Made by a program: the position numbers and the translations under genes. Shown one piece after another: positions 56,290-64,000 of a DNA stretch of 64,000 bases. This stretch comes from Dehalococcoidia bacterium. GTDB taxonomy: Bacteria; Chloroflexota; Dehalococcoidia; Plut-88900. Where the stretch lies: contig CBDBLV010000001.1 of assembly GCA_965207225.1 (NCBI GenBank), forward strand, positions 186,239-250,238, given 5' to 3'. Each line of letters opens with the position of its first letter. Within the stretch, counting starts at the first letter, position 1. The notes beneath the pieces were generated by a model. It did not search any database. It was given only the letters and a program-made list of their open reading frames with translations, and was not told the DNA's origin.

Positions 56290-57678
56290 GTGGCCGTGGC
56301 CAATGCAACAACAAAGATAGACAACATTCGATACATCCTCACGCTGGACGGCGGACGGATGATCATCCGGGACGGGGCAATCGTGGTGGAGGGGTCGAGG
56401 ATCAGTCACGTAGGGAAGGCTGCGGACCTGAGGGATGTCGGGGCTGAGCGGGTTATCGATGGGTCGGAGATGGTGGCGACGCCGGGGTTCATCAACGGAC
56501 ACCTACATATTTCATACGCTCACGCCACACGGGGGATATTTCCGGATACGCTGGAGCCGGTCGACTATCTGACCAACGTGTTCAAGCTGGCCCTGCAGAT
56601 GAGCCCCGAGGAGGAGTATCACACATCGCTCCTGGCACTTACGGAGTGCCTCAAGTACGGGACGACCACGGTTGTAGACCCGGGCACGACCCGGAACCCG
56701 GACGTGTGCATGAAGGCCTACGAGGAGTCGGGGGCGAGGGTGATAATCGGGGCGTCGGTGACGGACCTGCCGAATGCGATCAACGTTCCGCTGATCGGGC
56801 TGCAGGAAGCGGAGCAGCTGATGGAGAGCACGGTGAAGGAGTTCGACGGGGCGCTGGATGGTCGGGTGCGGGCGTGGACGATGCCGGCGGACGTGGGATC
56901 TTCGTCGAAGGAGATGCTGCAGGCTGCGAAGCGGATAGCGGACGAGAACGGGGCCTGGATGACGATCCACTGCGTGAACTCGCCTGAGGCGGTGCAAGGG
57001 CATTTGGACAAATTCGGGAAACGGCCTATTGAATGGCTGGAGGAGATCGGGGTGCTGGGGCCGAACATGCTGCTGGCGCACGTGGTTGGGCTGAACGAGT
57101 CGGAGGTGGAGTGCGTGGCAAGGACGGACACCAAGATGGTGATGTGCCCGACGGCAGCGTTGAAGATGGGCGCCGGAACGACGTTCAGGGGCAAACTGCC
57201 GGAAATGATCGAGCGGGGTGTTACGGTCGGGCTGGGCACGGACTCGGGGAACAACTCGTGCGTAGCGGAGGTGATGAGGTCGATGTACCTGGCGGCGGTG
57301 CTTTACAAGGACGGACGGGGGTCGACGAGCATGGTGCCGGCGGAAAAAGCGCTGGAGATGGCGACCATCGACGGGGCGCGGGCGGTGGGGCTGGAGTCGG
57401 AGATCGGGTCGCTGGAGGAGGGAAAGAAAGCGGACATTGTGCTGTTCGACACTCGCCGGCCGGAGTGGCGGACTCTGTTCAACCCGGTAAACAGCCTAGT
57501 CTACAATGCGGACGGGAGGAGCGTTCACACAGTGATGGTCGACGGTCGGGTGGTGGTGGAGGGGCAGAAGCCGACCTTCGTGGACGAATGGGAGCTGATG
57601 GAGAAGCTGCAGGGCATCGGGGCGGACATGCTTGAGCGGACGGGGACCAGTGTCCCTCAGTCGTGGCCGATAGTGTAG
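56290..57678 (+). CDS. MtaD/SsnA-like metal-dependent amidohydrolase
   Basis: PGFINGHLH, LAH, CP, LGTD, GKKADIV. Confidence 0.88.
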   Translation: MAVANATTKIDNIRYILTLDGGRMIIRDGAIVVEGSRISHVGKAADLRDVGAERVIDGSEMVATPGFINGHLHISYAHATRGIFPDTLEPVDYLTNVFKLALQMSPEEEYHTSLLALTECLKYGTTTVVDPGTTRNPDVCMKAYEESGARVIIGASVTDLPNAINVPLIGLQEAEQLMESTVKEFDGALDGRVRAWTMPADVGSSSKEMLQAAKRIADENGAWMTIHCVNSPEAVQGHLDKFGKRPIEWLEEIGVLGPNMLLAHVVGLNESEVECVARTDTKMVMCPTAALKMGAGTTFRGKLPEMIERGVTVGLGTDSGNNSCVAEVMRSMYLAAVLYKDGRGSTSMVPAEKALEMATIDGARAVGLESEIGSLEEGKKADIVLFDTRRPEWRTLFNPVNSLVYNADGRSVHTVMVDGRVVVEGQKPTFVDEWELMEKLQGIGADMLERTGTSVPQSWPIV

Positions 57679-58461
57679 ATGTCAAGGAAAGCGCTGATAA
57701 TCCGGCACGCTGCGCCGGAGACACTGGCTGGCAACTACACCGCGGTGCTGGAGGGGCTCGGGTTTGAGCTTGTGTCGCTGAACGTCTTCGAAAGCGCACC
57801 TACCTTTAACAGATTTGATGCGCCGCCGTTGGGAGAAGTCGACTTGATAGTTGCGGTCGGAGGGCCGCAATCGGCGAACGACGATTTTCCTGCAATTCAC
57901 GCTGAGCGGGAGTACCTGGGCGAGGCGATGGACTCAGGGGTGCCGGTATTCGGGATCTGCCTGGGGGCGCAGATCATGTCCCGGGCGTTGGGAGGGGCGG
58001 TGGGGCCGACGGGAGGGTACGAGGTCGGGTTGCGGAAGATATGGGTTACGGAGGAGGGGAGTCGGGACCCGGTGTTCGGCAAGCTGAGAGTGCCCCTGGT
58101 GCCAACGCTGCACGGGGAACGGTTCACGGTGCCGGACGGGGCCTCGGAGCTGGCGTACGGTTATATGCTGTGTCGGGATGGGTCGTTTAACAAGTTGAGC
58201 ATGGCGTTTCGGTATGGGAACTCGTATGCATTCCAGTTCGAGCCGCAGCTGACACTGGAAGAGCTGAAGGTTTGGAATCGGGAGCTTTTCGACGATTACA
58301 AAATGATGGGTGCGGCTTTCGACCCGGAGTCGGAAGCGGATACGAACTTGCGGGAGTTCACGGCATATTCGCCGATATACGAGGCGCAGTCGAGGGAGAT
58401 GTTTTTGGCCTTTCTTGAACACGCAGGCCTAACACAGGCAGGAAGCGGAGAGGGAAGATGA
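57679..58461 (+). CDS. Class I glutamine-amidotransferase-like protein
   Basis: GGP, GICLGAQ; QFEPQ in place of QFHPE. Confidence 0.82.
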   Translation: MSRKALIIRHAAPETLAGNYTAVLEGLGFELVSLNVFESAPTFNRFDAPPLGEVDLIVAVGGPQSANDDFPAIHAEREYLGEAMDSGVPVFGICLGAQIMSRALGGAVGPTGGYEVGLRKIWVTEEGSRDPVFGKLRVPLVPTLHGERFTVPDGASELAYGYMLCRDGSFNKLSMAFRYGNSYAFQFEPQLTLEELKVWNRELFDDYKMMGAAFDPESEADTNLREFTAYSPIYEAQSREMFLAFLEHAGLTQAGSGEGR

Positions 58462-59693
58462 GAGCGCTGATAAATGCTTACCTGATTGACGGGACAGGGG
58501 GTCCGACTAGGGGAGGGCAAACCGTATTGATTGACGGGGAGCGGATAGCGGAGGTCGGGGGGCGGGATGAAGTGACCATACCGCCTACGGCTGACGTCAC
58601 GGACCTGGGCGGGATGACGCTTCTGCCGGGGCTGATCGACTGCCATGACCACATTGCGGGTTCGGTGTACGGGCTGGTGGGGAGGTGGGAATTGGATGCT
58701 CCACCGAGCCTGCGACACCTTCGAACTGCCGAGGTGTTGAGGAAGACACTGGATACCGGATATACGGCGATGAGGGATGCCGGCGGGCTGGACAAGGGTT
58801 TTCAGACCGCAATTGAGGAGGGCCTTATCCCCGGGCCCCGGATGGTGCTGAGTTTGAGCATCATGTCGCCGACGGGCGGGATTGGGGACTGGGCGAGTCC
58901 GTCGGGGCATAGGCGGCCTAAGCCGGGGAACGTAAGCCTTCCGCCGGGGGTGGCGAATGGGGTCGATGCGGTAAGGGCGAAGGTGAGGGAGCTAGACCGG
59001 ATGGGGGCGGATGTAATCAAGTTCGCCACGACGGGCGGGGCGAGCTCACGCCCGGGGCACGGGCCCAAGGATATTGCGTTCGGGAGAGATGAGATATTCG
59101 CGATCGTCGAAGAGGCGCATGCGCTGGGGAAGAGGGCGATGTGCCACGCCATCGGGGGGCTGGGGCTCAGGCTTGCAGTCGAGGCGGGGGCAGACAGCAT
59201 AGAGCACGGGAGCTATCTGGACGAGGACCCGGAGCTTCTCCCGATGATGGCGGAAACAGGGGCGTTCTTTGTGCCGACGCTGACGGTGTATGCGTTTCAT
59301 CGGGAGGCGCCGGAGCCGCACTTCAGCGCTCGGGCCAAGGCGATGTACATGCATCAAGTCGAGAGCATACAGAAGGCGCTGGAACTGGGCGTTAAGGTCG
59401 TTGCGGGAACGGATGCTGGTGGATACGAACATTACATAAATGCACAAGAATTGCAGTGGCTGGTGGAGCACGGCGGGATGACGAATGTACAGGCTGTAGT
59501 GTCGGCGACGGGATGGGCGTCGGAGTGCCTGGGGCTGGAGAAGGAAATAGGGACGGTGGAACGCGGGAAGCTGGCGGATTTAATGGTTGTGGACGGGGAC
59601 CCGTTGCTAGACATAAAGGTACTGCAAGACCAGGCTCGGGTGAGGATGGTGATCAAGGGAGGGGAGACGCACATTTCGAAGCAGGGGCGGTGA
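58458..59693 (+). CDS. Metal-dependent amidohydrolase (prolidase-like)
   Basis: PGLIDCHDH, GADVIK, SIEHG, AGTDAG. Confidence 0.9.
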   Translation: MRALINAYLIDGTGGPTRGGQTVLIDGERIAEVGGRDEVTIPPTADVTDLGGMTLLPGLIDCHDHIAGSVYGLVGRWELDAPPSLRHLRTAEVLRKTLDTGYTAMRDAGGLDKGFQTAIEEGLIPGPRMVLSLSIMSPTGGIGDWASPSGHRRPKPGNVSLPPGVANGVDAVRAKVRELDRMGADVIKFATTGGASSRPGHGPKDIAFGRDEIFAIVEEAHALGKRAMCHAIGGLGLRLAVEAGADSIEHGSYLDEDPELLPMMAETGAFFVPTLTVYAFHREAPEPHFSARAKAMYMHQVESIQKALELGVKVVAGTDAGGYEHYINAQELQWLVEHGGMTNVQAVVSATGWASECLGLEKEIGTVERGKLADLMVVDGDPLLDIKVLQDQARVRMVIKGGETHISKQGR

Positions 59694-59724
59694 GTGAGAG
59701 TTTGGAGGGAGGGGGTGGGAGGGG

Positions 59725-61395
<1,671 letters not shown>

Positions 61396-61435
61396 GGCTT
61401 CTCCTTCGTATCGGTCATACTGTTCGGCGTCGTTC

Positions 61436-62554
61436 TCACCGCGCTGGACTGGCTCCCCAACACTCCGTCAGGGCCTGTTCGGCGTCGATGGACGGCACCC
61501 CGGCGACCGGCTCCGCACCCACCAACGCCACGCCCGTATCGTGGAAGCCGAGGTCGGTTGCGGGCTGTGGCTTCTGTCCGGTCCTGGCGAACTCGACCAC
61601 GGCCTCGACGCCGAGGGATGCCATGCGAACCGGAAACTGCATTGCGGTGGCTCCAAGCTCGCCGCTGGCGACCCTGCTCACGCCGGGACAGGCTCCGTCG
61701 ATGGTGACGATCAGCACCTCCCGCTCCAGCCCCATGGAGCGGAGCGCCGTATATGCTCCCGCGGCAGCGGGCTCGTTGATGGCGTACACCAGTCGGATCG
61801 ACGGGTCCATGCGCATCAGTCGCTCCATCGCGCTGTGCCCGCCCGCCTCCGCGCCCATGGTCAATGCGCTGCCGGCGATGCGCGGGTCGTCCTCGTCGTA
61901 TTTCCTCTCCGGGTCCTTGATGTCGATGCCGAAGCCGTGGAGGAAGCCCTGGTTGCGCATCACGTCGACGGTGACCGGCGTCTCGTAGCCGTCCAGCGTC
62001 GCGATCCGCGTCCGGGCCGCCAGCGGCCCCAGCTTCTCCCGCGCCCAGGTGCCGACTAGTTCACCGGCCCGGAAGTTGTCGGTGGCGAAGGTGGCGTCAA
62101 CCGTGTCCGGCGGATCGAAAGGTGTGTCGAGGGCGATCACCAGCACGCCCTCCGAACGCGCTTGCGCGACCGACGGGGCGAGGGCCAGCGGGTCCGACGG
62201 GGTGATGAGGATGCCCTTCGCGCCCGCCTCGACCAGCTTCTCGATGGCCCCTATCTGCGCCTGCGTGTCTCCGTCGTAAGCGCCGCTGTACGTGCGCAGC
62301 TCGACGTCAAGCTCCTCGGCGCGCTGAAGCGCCGCATCGGCCATGGTGACGAAGAAGGGGTTGCCCTCGGTCTTGGTAATCAGTCCCACGAGCACAGGCT
62401 CGGACTCGTGGGAGCCGGATTCCTGAGCGCAACCGGCAAGAATCACGACGACGAGGCAGAACGACACGGCGACGAGGGACTGCACCCTGGCGTAGAGGGC
62501 AATGGGGGTGCAATCCTCCTTCTGCTTCATGGGTGCGTTCTCTTCTCGGTTCAT
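61436..62554 (-). CDS. Sugar ABC substrate-binding lipoprotein (FrcB/RbsB-like) with recombinase-derived N-terminus
   Basis: LITKTEGNPFF, VIALDTP, ATDNF.AG, YAINEP, TIDG, MQFP; lipobox ILAGC; start 62554 or 62530. Confidence 0.82.
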   Translation of the reverse strand: MNREENAPMKQKEDCTPIALYARVQSLVAVSFCLVVVILAGCAQESGSHESEPVLVGLITKTEGNPFFVTMADAALQRAEELDVELRTYSGAYDGDTQAQIGAIEKLVEAGAKGILITPSDPLALAPSVAQARSEGVLVIALDTPFDPPDTVDATFATDNFRAGELVGTWAREKLGPLAARTRIATLDGYETPVTVDVMRNQGFLHGFGIDIKDPERKYDEDDPRIAGSALTMGAEAGGHSAMERLMRMDPSIRLVYAINEPAAAGAYTALRSMGLEREVLIVTIDGACPGVSRVASGELGATAMQFPVRMASLGVEAVVEFARTGQKPQPATDLGFHDTGVALVGAEPVAGVPSIDAEQALTECWGASPAR

Positions 62555-62781
62555 CGCTGTTCGTCCCGGCCTGAGCGCCGCCGCTGCATTCGTTCCTTGA
62601 TACGCCACTCCCGTTCCTCCATGTAGAGGCGGATGGCCTCCCGGAGCACCTCGCTCAGGGTGCGGCTCTCGTCCTTCACCACCTGTCGCACCTGTTGGGC
62701 CATCTCCGGGGGCAGGGAGAAGGTGATGGTGTCGGTGTTCCTCGGCTTGACGGGCAACGTACGCTCCCCATTTTTGTTCAT
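62551..62781 (-). CDS. CopG/ribbon-helix-helix regulator
   Basis: TITFSLPPEMA...ESRTLSEVLREAIRLY; start may be TTG 62757. Confidence 0.85.
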   Translation of the reverse strand: MNKNGERTLPVKPRNTDTITFSLPPEMAQQVRQVVKDESRTLSEVLREAIRLYMEEREWRIKERMQRRRSGRDEQR

Positions 62782-63000
62782 TGATATAGTGTAGCGTCTT
62801 ACTCTCTATCATCCCCCATCGGCAGTCCTGCCGTCAAGGGAGAGATGGCAGGAACCGGGCCGGGAGACCCTGACCCTGGGATCTTGCTGCGACAGTGTTG
62901 CACCATTGCAGCGAGCAATCTGCCAGCGTGGGCAAGGTCCGTCTCAGGTCGTCTGGAGCCGTCAAATGACTCCCCGGATGCCGGATGTAATGTGCTACCC

Positions 63001-63455
63001 GTGTACAAGGATTTGTGTCAGTTCCCAAAAGGGAAGTCGGGGCTGTTCTGAAGCTGAATCAGGCCGAAACGGAGGGTGTTGCTAAACGAGAGCGAGCACT
63101 TCGATATAAGGGCAGGTTCACCCGATTCGGGCAAGACTTCCCAAAAGGGAATTCAGGGCATGGGGCGCGTGGGTCGGGTCTTCAGCAACATAGGAGCCAC
63201 AACGCAGCGAGCGATCCGGCGGGGCCGGTTAAGGCGGCCGATACGCCTTCTGAAGCTGCCCGGAGCTCCTTCGGGGGCCGGTTTTGATGTCAAGGGGGTG
63301 TACAGGGATTGGCGTCAGTTGCAGAAATGCAAGTCGGGGGCGTCTCCAACCTGAAATCGGGCGAAAGGGAGGGGAGGTTGGCAAGTGAGCAAGCAATGTT
63401 TGGTCAGGGCGTGTTCTACGGCGTTGGGTGAGAGTTGCAGAAATGCAAGTCGGCA
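63001..63455. repeat. Diverged tandem units (offset 297 bp), each with two identical palindromes 116 bp apart
   Basis: TTCCC-AAAA-GGGAA at 63022 and 63138; TTGCA-GAAA-TGCAA at 63319 and 63435. Confidence 0.8.
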
Positions 63456-63587
63456 AGATGGCCACATCGGAGCCGCATCGCAGCAAGCGATGCCGAGGCC
63501 CTCTGGGACGGCGACAGTACGATGGTTGACACGTCACGCGGCCGAGAGCGCCCTCCAGGCCGAGAAGGAGATGGGCGGCGCTCCCGC

Positions 63588-63853
63588 CGGTTCTGCAACG
63601 AATTGTACTTTTGGGAGCTGTTGGGGGCTGACACGGTAAGTGATGGGAATGCCCTTTTATCCCCTATAGGAAGTCCTGGGAACGGCTCGGTGGGGAAGTT
63701 GGAACATGCTCCGGTGGCAAGTTGCGGCTGAGTACGGGTCCTCCGAGTAAGACTGCTGTAGGCAGGGATCGTAGCTGAGAGACGAGGGAGCAGGGGTTGT
63801 GTGACGCATTGGCGAAAAGGGCCTGACCGGTCGGTTCTGCAACGGATTGTACT
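63588..63853 (+). repeat. 22-bp direct repeat pair
   Basis: CGGTTCTGCAACG(A/G)ATTGTACT at 63588 and 63832. Confidence 0.8.
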
Positions 63854-64000
63854 GTGGTGGGCGGAAGCGGAGATTGGTGACCGGTCACGTGGGCGAGTTG
63901 TCCCAGCAAGGCTGCTGGGACAGCCCCTATTGGAAGGGTTCGGAACGGAAAGGGCGGTCATTGCGCAGGCTGATACGTCAGAGCCAGGGGCCTTCTGCGG

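Noticed and set aside
62555-62812. Track N-terminal extension of the 458-aa ORF
   Set aside because: Overlaps the RHH gene in another frame
62800-64000. Short ORFs and possible CRISPR repeats
   Set aside because: No coherent coding signal; repeats are paired with irregular 116-297 bp spacing

Overview
High-GC chromosomal segment, most consistent with Chloroflexota/Dehalococcoidia (SAR202-like; inferred from gene content, not verified). In order: (i) 1-7.1 kb, transfer region of a conjugative element (VirB4, two pilin-like genes, extended PrgI, TrbL/VirB6), bounded by an IS1182 that truncates an ArgE-like gene; (ii) ssrA, smpB, S41 protease, rnpB; (iii) catabolic enzymes (Cu amine oxidase, S45 acylase, TPP enzyme, amidohydrolases); (iv) tRNA-Pro, a degenerate ABC pair, sbcC, DtxR-regulated Fe3+ ABC uptake, cmk, glmS, pckA, UbiA; (v) 46.5-49 kb, a stand-alone C-rich terminase cassette (small-subunit-like, small membrane protein, intact TerL) behind a duplicated promoter with LexA-like boxes, directly upstream of rpmH where dnaA usually lies, with no portal, capsid or integrase nearby; (vi) rpmH-rnpA-yidD-propeller-yidC-jag, TA remnants and a CD225/J-domain/DUF2752 cluster; (vii) tRNA-Ala with a large-serine-recombinase island. 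The island carries a sugar-binding gene fused to a duplicated recombinase 5' end, followed by tandem non-coding units with covarying palindromes. The best candidate for an undescribed system is the terminase cassette (domesticated, GTA-like packaging module). All family calls are from motif recognition by eye, without database searches.
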